Assembly: GCA_046759445.1 (NCBI GenBank)
Contig: JBHICG010000004.1
Span: forward strand, 48,083-112,082
DNA length: 64,000 nucleotides
DNA from: Candidatus Scalinduaceae bacterium
Lineage (GTDB): Bacteria > Planctomycetota > Brocadiia > Brocadiales > Scalinduaceae
Direction of reading: 5' to 3'
The notes beneath the pieces were generated by a model that was not told where the DNA came from, searched no databases, and saw only the letters and a list, made by a program, of their open reading frames with translations. The translations under genes were made by a program, and so were the position numbers. This document shows positions 9,537 through 20,248 of this stretch, piece after piece; position 1 is the first letter of the stretch, and every line of letters begins with the position of its first letter.

Positions 9537-10562
9537 ATGAAAAAGACTAAAATACTGAAAACGGGATTGAGGTTTTCCAGAAAGTTTGTTTTGAATAAAT
9601 TGGGGATAAGAGCTCCATTTCATGTTCAATGGGAAATCCTTTATGGATGCAACCTCAAATGCGATTTCTGTAATGTGTGGAGAGACCATACTTATGATGC
9701 GACTAGATTGAAGAGAGAGGATGCACTGCATTTGGTTGATGAATTGGCGGAAGTAGGCGTGATGTTTCTGAATCTCACAGGAGGAGAACCATTAATGCTT
9801 GACCACACAACTGACGTACTTCAAAGGGCAAAAGAACACGGCATCTACACTTCCATGAACACTAATGGGGTATATGTTAAGGATAAGGTTAAGGAATTAA
9901 AGAAGGGGATTGAATTACTGTATGTTTCCCTCGATAGTCCTTATGCTAAAACCCACGATGAATTAAGGGGAGCGGAGGGATGTTTTTCCCAGATAATGGA
10001 TGGGATTAGGGCTGCATATGACGAAGGTATTAACCTGGCAATCAACATGACTGTCACAAAAAAGAACTTTGATCATATGGAGAAGATGTGTGAATTGGCA
10101 ACTAATTTAAATGTTCCTTTGTACATTAGGCACGTTAAAGTTATCCCAACCGAATTCAATGATGTTTCCAATGCTTCCAAACTAAATTACTCAGCGATGA
10201 AACATGTAGAGGCAGTGAGGAAATTGAAGAAAAAGTACAAGGCAATAAAGACAAGTGATGCATATCTAAATTTTATGGAGAACAAAGGTTTTACTAATTA
10301 CCCGTGCAAGGCTATGAAAATAAGTCTGAACATTAAGCCGGATGGTACACTGGTTCTGCCTTGTGGGTATTTTCCCGTGCATAAATTTAAGAAGAACGGC
10401 AAGTCATTAAAGGAGATAATAAAGAGCAAAGGATTTGAGGAAAAAACAAATATTAGGTGGTATGATTTCTGCGATAACTGCACTTTAAGTTGTTTTTATG
10501 TTCCAACAGCAATGATGGATTTTAAGAATTATATTTCCCTGGTGAAGAGTTATGTTAGATAA
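9537..10562 (+). CDS. Radical SAM protein with twitch/SPASM-type C-terminal Cys domain
   Basis: CNLKCDFC (CX3CX2C), TGGEPL, C-terminal CKA...DGTLVLPC...CDNCTLSC. Confidence 0.9.
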   Translation: MKKTKILKTGLRFSRKFVLNKLGIRAPFHVQWEILYGCNLKCDFCNVWRDHTYDATRLKREDALHLVDELAEVGVMFLNLTGGEPLMLDHTTDVLQRAKEHGIYTSMNTNGVYVKDKVKELKKGIELLYVSLDSPYAKTHDELRGAEGCFSQIMDGIRAAYDEGINLAINMTVTKKNFDHMEKMCELATNLNVPLYIRHVKVIPTEFNDVSNASKLNYSAMKHVEAVRKLKKKYKAIKTSDAYLNFMENKGFTNYPCKAMKISLNIKPDGTLVLPCGYFPVHKFKKNGKSLKEIIKSKGFEEKTNIRWYDFCDNCTLSCFYVPTAMMDFKNYISLVKSYVR

Positions 10563-10631
10563 AACATTTCTGGAATTAATGTTTGACCTAGTAATAACAA
10601 AATAAATATCTTTGCTTTTAAAAAGAGGATA

Positions 10632-11669
10632 GTGAAAATTTTATTAAAGACATTAAGGGTTGCGACTAAAGCTACGAAAGGTGTTTTTTTAGGGAAGAGA
10701 ATTCCCATTAACGTTATGTTGTCCCTCACCGATCGGTGTCAATCCCTTTGTACCTATTGTCAAATTCCCCAGCGTCAAAAAAAGGAAATGACAACAAAAC
10801 AAATTCGGTTATTGATTGACCAGATTATTGCGGAAGGCTGCGAGAGGATAGCGCTTTGGGGAGGAGAGCCGCTCCTTCGTAAAGATATTGGTGATATTAT
10901 TCGGTATTGTAAGAGTAAAAATTTATATGTTACCATGGATACAAATGGATTTTTGATTGAGAAACACCTTGAGGAAATAGCAAATCTTGATGTACTCCTG
11001 ATTAGTTGGGACGGCCCAGAGCAGGCGCATGAGGCAAATCGAATCCCCAACAGTTACGACAGAGTCGTAGATGCCATAAAAATAGCGAAGGAAAAGGTAA
11101 AGGTGTGGACTCTTACTGTTTTAACAAAACATAATATTAACCGCATTAATGAGATACTGGAAATTGGAGGGCGGCTTGATGTTCCTATGCTTTTTCAACT
11201 CCTTTACCACAATCAAGACCAGTCTGGTAACACGAGCAACCTTCTTCCGAGCCGCCAGGAACATTTGGATGCCTTTAAACGGCTTATTGAAGCCAAAAAA
11301 AAGGGTATTCCAATTGTGAATTCTTATGCCTATTTGAAACACCTGACCTCCTGGAAGGACTTTTCCAAACAAACTCAATCATTCCGGAAACGTGGTTATC
11401 CATTATGCAGAGCAGGTCAATTTTTCTGTAACGTTGATGTTGACGGTAAAGTTTATCCTTGTAATAGACTTGTAGAGCAAGTTGGTGCGAAGAGTTTTCT
11501 GGATGTGGGGTTTAAAGAGGCGTTTGGGTTTACGAGCCGGAATGGCTGTGAATCCTGTATTACGCCGGGGATTGAGTTTAGCCTTATGTTTTCCTTTGAT
11601 ATTGCGTCTATTGTCAACTGGATCAATTTCATATTAAAAACCCAATCTCGCCCACGACAAGACCAGTAA
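10632..11669 (+). CDS. Radical SAM protein with twitch/SPASM-type C-terminal Cys domain
   Basis: CQSLCTYC, WGGEPL, CRAGQFFCNVDVDGKVYPC...CESC; GTG start after AGAGGA. Confidence 0.9.
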   Translation: MKILLKTLRVATKATKGVFLGKRIPINVMLSLTDRCQSLCTYCQIPQRQKKEMTTKQIRLLIDQIIAEGCERIALWGGEPLLRKDIGDIIRYCKSKNLYVTMDTNGFLIEKHLEEIANLDVLLISWDGPEQAHEANRIPNSYDRVVDAIKIAKEKVKVWTLTVLTKHNINRINEILEIGGRLDVPMLFQLLYHNQDQSGNTSNLLPSRQEHLDAFKRLIEAKKKGIPIVNSYAYLKHLTSWKDFSKQTQSFRKRGYPLCRAGQFFCNVDVDGKVYPCNRLVEQVGAKSFLDVGFKEAFGFTSRNGCESCITPGIEFSLMFSFDIASIVNWINFILKTQSRPRQDQ

Positions 11670-11679
11670 TTACTTATTA

Positions 11680-12594
11680 ATGGAACATTCAAAGATGAAA
11701 GTACTTGTTACAGGAGCTACTGGTTTTGTAGGACAACGGCTGATTTCAAGCTTGGTGGAAAGAAGCCATGATGTTATCGCCTTTGCTTTACAGGACGACA
11801 GTCCTGCTGTTGCCTTGTTTCAAAGAAATGTAGAAGTTAAATATGGCGATATTAGGGATCAGTCATCTATTGAAAAAGCCCTTAATGAGGTTGAAGCTGT
11901 TATAAATTTAGCAGCAGTACAGGAATCTAACGACCAAAAGCTTAATGAAGAGGTTAATTATAAAGGTGTAAAAAACCTTATTGGGGCTTGTAAAAAACGT
12001 TCCACCAGACGCTTAATTCACTTATCTAGTATTGCCACCTGCTACAAAAATAAAAATTATTATGGTAAATCAAAAGAAAAGGCTGATCAATATGTAATGA
12101 ATAAATCTGATATGGATTATACAATAATTCGCCCTACCTTGATTTACGGTGACTGCATGGGAGGGCCTTTCCATACCTTTATAAAAACATTAGAGATACT
12201 ACCATTTATAATTCCAGTTATTGGTAATGGAAAAGCATTAAAACGGCCAATATTTGTAGATGACGTTGTTTCTGCCGTCATCCTTTCATTGGAATTGGAA
12301 ATAGCCATTGGCAAATATTACAACATTAGCGGCCGTGATATTGTTTCCGTCGAGAAAATGATTAAGCGGATATTAGCAAGGAAAGGTATTAAAAAATTGA
12401 TTGTCAAGATTCCAGTTTGGATTTTATACCCTTTTGCGTTTGTCTTAGAAATGTTTTTTACTAATCCTCCTTTTACGCGTGCATCTCTGATAACGGCTAC
12501 ACAGGACGGTATCTTAGATCATAGTTTAATCAGGGATGAGCTTGGATTTAGACCAGTGTCTTTTGAAGAAGGACTTGCGAAAACTGGTTTTTAA
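11680..12594 (+). CDS. NAD(P)-dependent epimerase/reductase (extended/atypical SDR)
   Basis: VLVTGATGFVG, YGKSK (YxxxK), TIIRPTLIYG. Confidence 0.85.
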   Translation: MEHSKMKVLVTGATGFVGQRLISSLVERSHDVIAFALQDDSPAVALFQRNVEVKYGDIRDQSSIEKALNEVEAVINLAAVQESNDQKLNEEVNYKGVKNLIGACKKRSTRRLIHLSSIATCYKNKNYYGKSKEKADQYVMNKSDMDYTIIRPTLIYGDCMGGPFHTFIKTLEILPFIIPVIGNGKALKRPIFVDDVVSAVILSLELEIAIGKYYNISGRDIVSVEKMIKRILARKGIKKLIVKIPVWILYPFAFVLEMFFTNPPFTRASLITATQDGILDHSLIRDELGFRPVSFEEGLAKTGF

Positions 12595-12623
12595 CAACAG
12601 GTGTTAACTTCCTTGTTGTAATT

Positions 12624-14681
12624 ATGCCGAAGATTAAGATTGATCTTGGGAAGTTCAGGAAAAGGTTTGAGATGAAAATCAGTGACTACATAAACAATTC
12701 CAATAAAGCTATTACTTGTATGGTTGTCATAGTTACAGGTGTCTGGTTTAGCTCTTTATTTTTTCTTCCCAAAGATGCTTTTTGGTCGGGAGACATGGGA
12801 GTTAAATTGATACAGGTAAATAGTTTTATTTCAAAACAGTATAGTGGAATCTCCCTGGACTACCCGGGAAGGGATATTGATCCTCAATTAAAATTTTATC
12901 CACTCTCAGGCGATGAGGGTGCAGTTTTAGTCTTTGAAGTTGATGGGAAAATGTATTCCAAGGATCAAGTTTTTTTCACCTTTTTATCATCTTTTTTTTA
13001 TAAGGCATTTGGATACTCAGGCCTGTATGTGATTTCTTTTTTTGCAGGGGCCTTTACTTTAATACTCACATTTTTAATATGTAAGCATAGTCCTGCCCGG
13101 AAATATGCCTGGTGCAGTATTTTTTTGATTGGCCTTGCAACACCACTCTGGTTTTACTCCATAACATTTTGGGGACACACTTTAGCAACCTTCCTATTTT
13201 CATTGGCCTTGTTTTTAATGATACTAGGAAGACAGAAGGGGAACCTATTTCTCTTTTTCGTTTCAGGGCTCATAATAGGTGTGGGAATTTGGAGCCGACC
13301 GGAAATTTATCTTTTGGTAGTAGCCTCTATTGCAGCACTTATTTTAGACAATAAAGATAGAAAAACTAAATTTCAAAGGATAATGTGGATGCTTATAGGA
13401 ACCCTTTTGCTCCTTTTACCGATGTGGGGTTTTAATCTGATGATTTTCAATAAACCTTTTACCCCACATATGGCACAATTATCACACAGTACATTTACCA
13501 GTCTTGTATATTCCTTTGTTAGTACCTTAACCATGTTATTTCATGGACCTTTACAAAATATATTCCACGACCTTCTTTTACAGATTCCTTTTGCCATACT
13601 GTTTGTTTTAAGTATAAACTTAAAAACCGATAGATTATGGCCCAAACTATTCTCTATAGTGTTGTTGAGTTGTATATTAGTTTCATTCACAGCATTACTT
13701 AAAACTGACCGCACTGTTTCAGGTCTTGTGCCTCTTAGCCCTTTTATTGCCTTTTCCTTCCTGCTTTTATCTTATCCAATAAATGTTTTCAGAGAAATTC
13801 TTATGCGAGATCAGAAGATTCGTACAATCAGTTCTGTTTTTAATATCCTGTTTAGCTTTGTCTGGGTAGCAGCTTCTTTGTTTTTATTTACGAAACCTGA
13901 GTTTACGGTCATATTAGGACTACCTTATCAAGGCAGATTCTTCTGGCCTATTGCATTTATTTTATTGGCTATAATTCAAATATTATTGGTCTCTTGGTTA
14001 TTAAATAAAAGAGACGAAAAAAATACTATTGGTTTTGTTGATGATGAAAGAGTATGGGTTAAATTTCTCGGTGTAATTTTTATAGTTTATATTCTACTGA
14101 CATGTGTTTCCACTCCATCTCCGGGAGGCAATGAATATGGCCCCCGCTATTTACTTCCTCTTTATCCTGTCCTTATTGTTCTAACCCTGATTGCCGTAAC
14201 TAAACTTTTTGAAAGCGGGTTTTTTCACGTGTATAAAAAGGTTTTCTTTTTATCTTTCATTATTCTTTTCGGTTTATCTGTAATGTTTCAGGTTAAAGGA
14301 GTGAAAATATTGAATGAGAAGAAAAAGGCCTGTCTTTCTCTTGTTAGGGCTACCCAGAAACTGGGTTCTCAGGTTGTTATTACAGATGCCTTAAACTATC
14401 CCTGGGAGACTGCTTCGATTTTTTATGAGAAGAAATTGTTTTATATTTCTGATAAGAAAAAATTAGCGGGATTATTGAATATTTTGGTCAGTAAGGATAT
14501 AGATGAGTTCATATTTGTTACCTGGTCTGATCTTAATAAAAGCCTTCTTAATGGTATGGATACTTTACTGCCATACAAAATACAAAGCAGTCCTTCTGAT
14601 AGGTTATATGTTTCCAGCCCAATCTTGTTAGGTAATTTTGTTCTCCAAAAATATAAAATTATGTTTAGCAGAAGTACTTAA
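12624..14681 (+). CDS. GT-C-fold membrane glycosyltransferase
   Basis: Many TM helices; first luminal loop SGDMGVKLIQ; WFYS..FWGHT; RPE; GPRYLLPLYP; soluble C-terminal domain. Confidence 0.65.
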   Translation: MPKIKIDLGKFRKRFEMKISDYINNSNKAITCMVVIVTGVWFSSLFFLPKDAFWSGDMGVKLIQVNSFISKQYSGISLDYPGRDIDPQLKFYPLSGDEGAVLVFEVDGKMYSKDQVFFTFLSSFFYKAFGYSGLYVISFFAGAFTLILTFLICKHSPARKYAWCSIFLIGLATPLWFYSITFWGHTLATFLFSLALFLMILGRQKGNLFLFFVSGLIIGVGIWSRPEIYLLVVASIAALILDNKDRKTKFQRIMWMLIGTLLLLLPMWGFNLMIFNKPFTPHMAQLSHSTFTSLVYSFVSTLTMLFHGPLQNIFHDLLLQIPFAILFVLSINLKTDRLWPKLFSIVLLSCILVSFTALLKTDRTVSGLVPLSPFIAFSFLLLSYPINVFREILMRDQKIRTISSVFNILFSFVWVAASLFLFTKPEFTVILGLPYQGRFFWPIAFILLAIIQILLVSWLLNKRDEKNTIGFVDDERVWVKFLGVIFIVYILLTCVSTPSPGGNEYGPRYLLPLYPVLIVLTLIAVTKLFESGFFHVYKKVFFLSFIILFGLSVMFQVKGVKILNEKKKACLSLVRATQKLGSQVVITDALNYPWETASIFYEKKLFYISDKKKLAGLLNILVSKDIDEFIFVTWSDLNKSLLNGMDTLLPYKIQSSPSDRLYVSSPILLGNFVLQKYKIMFSRST

Positions 14682-14692
14682 GGGGATGCGTA

Positions 14693-16006
14693 TTGAGTAT
14701 GGTTAGAAACATCAATTCTTTTAGTTCCGGGATTCATTTGCCAATTGCCATAATTAGTTTTGCATTGTTGTTGAGAATATTGGCGGTACTCTTCATAGTA
14801 GATCCTTCTACCCCTACAGGGGATGTTCAGCATGATATGTATGCCGTAAATATTATAAACGGGAATGGATTTCGGATTGATAATCTCCTTAGTATTCAAG
14901 GAGGTGAAACACCGGGAAGCTTTGGGCTGGACACCCTGTTTTCTTTTAAGCCACCTTTGTATCCCATGTTTCTAGCGACAATCTATTCTACTTGCGATCG
15001 TAATTTTTTGGCAGTTGGAATAATACAGGCATTTTTAGGCTCCCTATCCTGTTTAATTCTCTTCCAAATTAGCAAAAGGATATTTGATGAGAAAGTAGGT
15101 TTAATTTCTACATCAATATTTGCACTATATCCTTATTTCGTTCTTCAGGGAACAAAAGTTATGGATACCACTTTATTTACATTTCTAACCGTAATAAGTA
15201 TTTTGTATTTATATAAAGTTACAGAAAGGCCAACTTCTGTGAATATGGTGGCGGCAGGAATAATTATGGGTCTTGCAATACTATGTAGACCCATTTTTCT
15301 TCCATTCATCCCTTTTGTTTTCGTCTGGTTGTGGTTTTCTTCCCCCTCAAAAAAGATAAGGGTACTTAAAATCATCACGATAACTTCTATATTTATCATA
15401 TTAACGGTGTTACCCTGGACTGTAAGAAATTATATGGTTCATGGACGACTTGTTTTACTTGGTACCAATGGAGGCTATACATTCTGGCAGGCAAACAATC
15501 AGTTTACTGAAAAGTATATCAAAATGCGTAGTGATTTAGACCCTATTGCCTTTAACGAAGGTATTGACTGGAAGGAAGAAGGGCTGTATGGACTTTCTGA
15601 GGTAGAGCAGAATAGTTGGTTTTATAAAGAGGGGGTGGGATATATTTACAATCACCCATTTGATTTGGTCAGGTTGTCAGCGCTTAAGTTTCTCAGTTTA
15701 TGGAGTTGGCATATTTATCCATCCTCTGAAAGTAAACTAAAAAATGCCATCTATACCTTTACATATGGGCCTATACTCATAATGGCAATAGCTGGAATAG
15801 TGTTGAGTCATAATAGATGGGAAAAGACATCCCTATTATTGCTTCTATTCTTTGCTTTTACTATTGTATATGCGATATTTTACGGAAAGACAATCTACCG
15901 ATCCCCATTAGACCCATTTCTCTTTGTTTTTTCCGCATATACTTTACGCATTATTTGGAACAAGATAAAGAGCCCCGTTCTTGGTAAAAATTTTTCTGAT
16001 GTATAA
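14693..16006 (+). CDS. GT39/PMT_2 (ArnT-like) membrane glycosyltransferase
   Basis: GD...YAVNIINGNGF, KPPLYPMFLA, LCRP, PWTVRNY, GGYTFWQAN. Confidence 0.82.
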   Translation: MSMVRNINSFSSGIHLPIAIISFALLLRILAVLFIVDPSTPTGDVQHDMYAVNIINGNGFRIDNLLSIQGGETPGSFGLDTLFSFKPPLYPMFLATIYSTCDRNFLAVGIIQAFLGSLSCLILFQISKRIFDEKVGLISTSIFALYPYFVLQGTKVMDTTLFTFLTVISILYLYKVTERPTSVNMVAAGIIMGLAILCRPIFLPFIPFVFVWLWFSSPSKKIRVLKIITITSIFIILTVLPWTVRNYMVHGRLVLLGTNGGYTFWQANNQFTEKYIKMRSDLDPIAFNEGIDWKEEGLYGLSEVEQNSWFYKEGVGYIYNHPFDLVRLSALKFLSLWSWHIYPSSESKLKNAIYTFTYGPILIMAIAGIVLSHNRWEKTSLLLLLFFAFTIVYAIFYGKTIYRSPLDPFLFVFSAYTLRIIWNKIKSPVLGKNFSDV

Positions 16007-16090
16007 GAAATTGTAAACTAGCGTACAGAGAAAAAACCTTATTGTTCTCTTTGATTAATCAAGATTTGTTCTGAGGTTTGGAGTTATAAT

Positions 16091-17794
16091 ATGTTTCGAG
16101 AAAGATATGTGACAATTTTAATAGTGGTTCTTTTGTCTGCTCTTACTCTACAGGTGATTTTAATCATGAAGGAAAAGTCTGTAACGGCCGACGAGATGAT
16201 CTTCATTAAATCTGGGCATCAATACTTGAAAACGGGCAACATTAATATCGATGATGTTAATCCACCATTAATAATGATCATATCTGCCTTACCCCTTTTA
16301 TTTCTGAATACAACCGTAGAAACCGAAATTCCACCAGGAGTTGAGGAATTATGGTTTCAGCTTTACTCGTATAGCCAAAATCCTGATCAGATCCTCTTTT
16401 GGGCAAGGGTTCCTATGCTTCTTTTATCTTTGATGTTGGCTTTATTGGTATTTAGATGGGCTAGAGATTTTTACGGTACTAAGGCTGGTTTATTGGCCCT
16501 ATCCTTATATTCTTTCAGTCCAACTATTATAAGTTTATCAGGATTTGCTACACTTGATTTGGGTTCGACCTTCTTTATCTTTCTAGCCTTATATCTCTTT
16601 TGGAAATTTCTGAAGAACCCGAGTCTGGGAAGGTTAGTGATTATGTGCCTTTCTGTTGGATTGGCTTTTTCTTCCAAGCATACTTCATTGATGTTAATCC
16701 CAAGTTTCATTTTGTTATCTTTTATTGTTGTTTTTAAAGGAAATTTTAACTTACCAGCTACCTGGCCTTTCTTCAAGAAATATGGGAAAAATCATAAAAT
16801 TATCTTTTGGGGAACATCTTCCGGAATATTAATAATCATATTGGTACTGACGGTCAATATTGTATGCGGATTTAATGGCACAGGAATACCATTAGGGGAT
16901 CTCCCATTCGTGGAAAAAGAAGTTTTTAAGAGTCATCCTCTTTTTAGTAGATTAATAAATCCTTATACCGATTGGATACCGATCCCACTTCCCTATGCAT
17001 ATCTTCGTGGGATAGGTTCAACGATAGCTCGTACTACCATGACACATGGTTTTCCTTCTTTTTTAATGGGGGAGATTTCTCCAGATGGGTGGTGGTATTA
17101 TTTTCTCTTTGCATTTGCGGTTAAGACACCTATTCCTTTTCTTATTGCAATTCTATTCAGCATTGTCTTAATTAAAAAGTCAAAGAATATCAATTGGTGT
17201 GATGAGCTCTTTTTAGCAATTCCAATCGGTGTAATGTTTATTATGGCCTCCAGGAGCAACGCCCAGATGGGTATACGCCATATATTAGTGGTTTACCCAC
17301 TTCTGTTTGTATTTGCGAGTAAGCTCGTCCAGGTGGATTTGAAACGAAAGATAATCACTATAATTTGTGGGATAATATTGGGAATATGGTACGTTTACGC
17401 TTCTATTTCCGTATCACCTCATTATCTCTCGTACTTTAACGAATTTGTGGGTGGACCGAAAAATGGATATCGATATTTAATAGACTCTAACCTTGATTGG
17501 GGTCAGGATGTGAAAGGCTTGGTAAAATTAATGGATAGGAAGGGCATAGATAAGATTAAGTTTGGTCATTGGATAGGGATAGAGCCGAGGTATGCATCTC
17601 GTTTTGAAGAGTTAGGATGTGAACCAACTACAGGTTGGGTGGCGATTCAAGTCAACTCGTTGCAAGGATTAACGGAAGCCTGGGGGGTATTAAGCCCGGA
17701 CTGTTATGCGTGGTTAAGAAAACTGGAACCTGTAGATAGGGCTGGGTATTCAATCTTTGTGTATTATATTCCAACCAAGCCATTATCATTATGA
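16091..17794 (+). CDS. GT39/PMT_2 membrane glycosyltransferase
   Basis: SVTADE luminal motif, NPPL, ARVPM, SKHT, GWWYYF, KTP, GIRH, DSNLDWGQD. Confidence 0.82.
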   Translation: MFRERYVTILIVVLLSALTLQVILIMKEKSVTADEMIFIKSGHQYLKTGNINIDDVNPPLIMIISALPLLFLNTTVETEIPPGVEELWFQLYSYSQNPDQILFWARVPMLLLSLMLALLVFRWARDFYGTKAGLLALSLYSFSPTIISLSGFATLDLGSTFFIFLALYLFWKFLKNPSLGRLVIMCLSVGLAFSSKHTSLMLIPSFILLSFIVVFKGNFNLPATWPFFKKYGKNHKIIFWGTSSGILIIILVLTVNIVCGFNGTGIPLGDLPFVEKEVFKSHPLFSRLINPYTDWIPIPLPYAYLRGIGSTIARTTMTHGFPSFLMGEISPDGWWYYFLFAFAVKTPIPFLIAILFSIVLIKKSKNINWCDELFLAIPIGVMFIMASRSNAQMGIRHILVVYPLLFVFASKLVQVDLKRKIITIICGIILGIWYVYASISVSPHYLSYFNEFVGGPKNGYRYLIDSNLDWGQDVKGLVKLMDRKGIDKIKFGHWIGIEPRYASRFEELGCEPTTGWVAIQVNSLQGLTEAWGVLSPDCYAWLRKLEPVDRAGYSIFVYYIPTKPLSL

Positions 17795-17884
17795 CTTTAA
17801 TCTCAAATACTTGCATGGTATTATAAACTGAAGAAAGCAGGATGTTTAACCACAAAATCTGGATGGAAGTGAAGATATAATATT

Positions 17885-18568
17885 ATGGATGGTAATAATA
17901 CAATTTCAATAGTTATTCCAACTAAAAACGAAGAGAAGACAATCGGGGAGGTAATTAATACAGTTAAATCTTATGGAGACGAAATATTAGTAGTAGATGG
18001 GCACTCTACTGACCTAACCAGGGAGATTGCCGAAGAACAAGGAGCGAAAGTTGTACTGGATAATGGAAAGGGAAAGGGAGATGGAATACGGGTGGCAATT
18101 GAAAAGGTAAGTGGAAGTATAATAGTCTTCATCGATGCAGACGGTTCGCATGACCCACAGGATATCCCTAAGCTCTTAGCTCCCATATTAGAAGGAAATG
18201 CCGACCTTGTTATGGGTTCAAGGATGACTGGAGGAAGCGACGAGTTACACGGTTCAATTGGAGAGGTTGCAAGATTATTAGGGAGTGTCATAATTACGTT
18301 AGGGATAAATTACAGATATGGTGTAAGGCTTACAGATTATCAAAACGGTTTCAGGGCTATTAAGACATCTGTGGCCAGAGCAATAGGTCTAAAAGAGGAC
18401 ATTACTACCATAGAGCAAGAAATGGCGATAAAGTGTCTGAAAAAGGGATTTGCTGTTACAGAGGTTCCAACACATGAATATAAAAGAAAGTACGGTGATT
18501 CTCGAATTAACTTGAGGAAAGTTTGGTATAGATACATTTATAGTTGGCAGAAGTATATGTTTTTCTAA
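17885..18568 (+). CDS. GT2, DPM-synthase-like polyprenyl-phosphate glycosyltransferase
   Basis: IVIPTKNEE, VVDGHSTD, GKG, FIDADGSH, GSR, TDYQNGFRA, EVP...R.YG.S. Confidence 0.85.
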   Translation: MDGNNTISIVIPTKNEEKTIGEVINTVKSYGDEILVVDGHSTDLTREIAEEQGAKVVLDNGKGKGDGIRVAIEKVSGSIIVFIDADGSHDPQDIPKLLAPILEGNADLVMGSRMTGGSDELHGSIGEVARLLGSVIITLGINYRYGVRLTDYQNGFRAIKTSVARAIGLKEDITTIEQEMAIKCLKKGFAVTEVPTHEYKRKYGDSRINLRKVWYRYIYSWQKYMFF

Positions 18569-18599
18569 TTGTTTTCACATAACAATATACCGTTGTTCA

Positions 18600-20009
18600 A
18601 TGAAACAAAACAAAAAGGTTCTTCTTATTATACCCAATGATCACGATACTTACCAAACCAAGGTGCGGGTGGCAATGTATAGTGTCCCTCCAGTCAACAT
18701 GGCCACTATATCAACGCCCTTGATAAAGGCAGGTCATCATGTAGAAATATTGAATTTGAACTTAATGAAGAATAATCTGAATACAGTTAGAGATCGAGTA
18801 TCAAACCTTTTGCCAGATTATGTTGGTGTGACCTTCAAGACCCCGTGTTTTTATGATGCTGTGGAGATAGGCAAGATAGTAAAGGAGAATAACCCGGGCA
18901 CCATTCTTATATGTGGAGGCCCACACACTTCTTCATTTCCTGAGGATACACTCCTGGACTCACCATTTGATATAGCCGTGGTTGGTGAGGGTGATTTTAC
19001 TCTAGAAGAGATTGTTTCTGGCAAACCATGTGAAGAAATAAAGGGTATCTGTTTCAAAGATGAAGATGGACGGATAATAATGAACGAGAGGAGAAAACAG
19101 ATTAAAGATTTAGACAATCTCCCCCTACCGTCCTGGCATCTCTATAATCTAAGAGATTACAAAAGCCCACGAGTAGTTTGCAAGAAAAATCCGGTAGGGA
19201 TCATGGAGACCAGCAGGGGTTGCGTCTACAGTTGTATTTATTGTAATAAAAGTGTCTTTGGCAATAATTTTAGGGTTAAATCACCAGAGAGAGTGGTTGA
19301 TGAAATGGAGTTTATGTTACAGTCTGGGTTTAGGGAGATTTGGATTGCTGACGATATGTTTTCTACCAATATTAATAGGGCTAAGAGTATCTGCGACTTA
19401 ATAATAAAAAGAGAGTTGAAGTTCCCATGGGCTCTTTTTAATGGTATCAGAGTAGATTTTGTTGATGAGGAGTTATGTTATAAAATGAAGAAGTCGGGAT
19501 GTTATTATGTATCCGTTGGTGTAGAATCAGGAAATCAGAAAGTATTAGATAGTACAGATAAGCGTATTACCTTGGAACAGGTAAGGGAAGCTTTTAGGCA
19601 TTTGAGGAAAGCCCATATAATGATTCAGGCATACTTTATGTTTGGTCTGCCACAGGATACAGAGGCCTCTATGCAGGATACCATCGATTTTGCTAAAGAG
19701 TTACTTCCGGATATCCCCAAAGCGGCTATCACTGTACCTTTGCCGGCTACCCCCCTATATGAGGGACTTCATAGAAAAGGAAGAATAAAGACTAACGATT
19801 GGAGGGCATATAATCAGCAAACGACAAAAGAGTTATTTGTGCATCCTAATTTGTCCTGGGAGATCATATGTGAATATAACAGACGATTTTACAAGGAATT
19901 ATATCTAAACCCAAAATATATCTTTCAAAGAATTAGAAGAGGACTAACCGATGGGCAGATATTTTGGGATTGTTACTATTTTTTGAAGAGCCTTAGATAC
20001 AAGTGGTAA
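18600..20009 (+). CDS. B12-binding-domain radical SAM protein
   Basis: N-terminal cobalamin-binding-like domain (GGPH, GEGD), TSRGCVYSCIYC, DDMF, GVESG, FMFGLP. Confidence 0.9.
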   Translation: MKQNKKVLLIIPNDHDTYQTKVRVAMYSVPPVNMATISTPLIKAGHHVEILNLNLMKNNLNTVRDRVSNLLPDYVGVTFKTPCFYDAVEIGKIVKENNPGTILICGGPHTSSFPEDTLLDSPFDIAVVGEGDFTLEEIVSGKPCEEIKGICFKDEDGRIIMNERRKQIKDLDNLPLPSWHLYNLRDYKSPRVVCKKNPVGIMETSRGCVYSCIYCNKSVFGNNFRVKSPERVVDEMEFMLQSGFREIWIADDMFSTNINRAKSICDLIIKRELKFPWALFNGIRVDFVDEELCYKMKKSGCYYVSVGVESGNQKVLDSTDKRITLEQVREAFRHLRKAHIMIQAYFMFGLPQDTEASMQDTIDFAKELLPDIPKAAITVPLPATPLYEGLHRKGRIKTNDWRAYNQQTTKELFVHPNLSWEIICEYNRRFYKELYLNPKYIFQRIRRGLTDGQIFWDCYYFLKSLRYKW

Positions 20010-20248
20010 TTGGTTAACGTTGAGGCAGGTAGAAATAGAACTCGCCGCAGAGTCACTCCCGTTAAATTCTTACCAATAATGAGGGAATCTTGGAAAATGC
20101 GTTTTTTGGTAGAAGACAAGGTATTAGGGATAATGTCATTATCCACGTAATCCTAAACCTGAAAGGCCACTAAGTTCAATAATCAACTCAATTCTTTATT
20201 ACCATATTTTTCTGTCCTAAAAACTATATTATAAATATACGAGCGATA

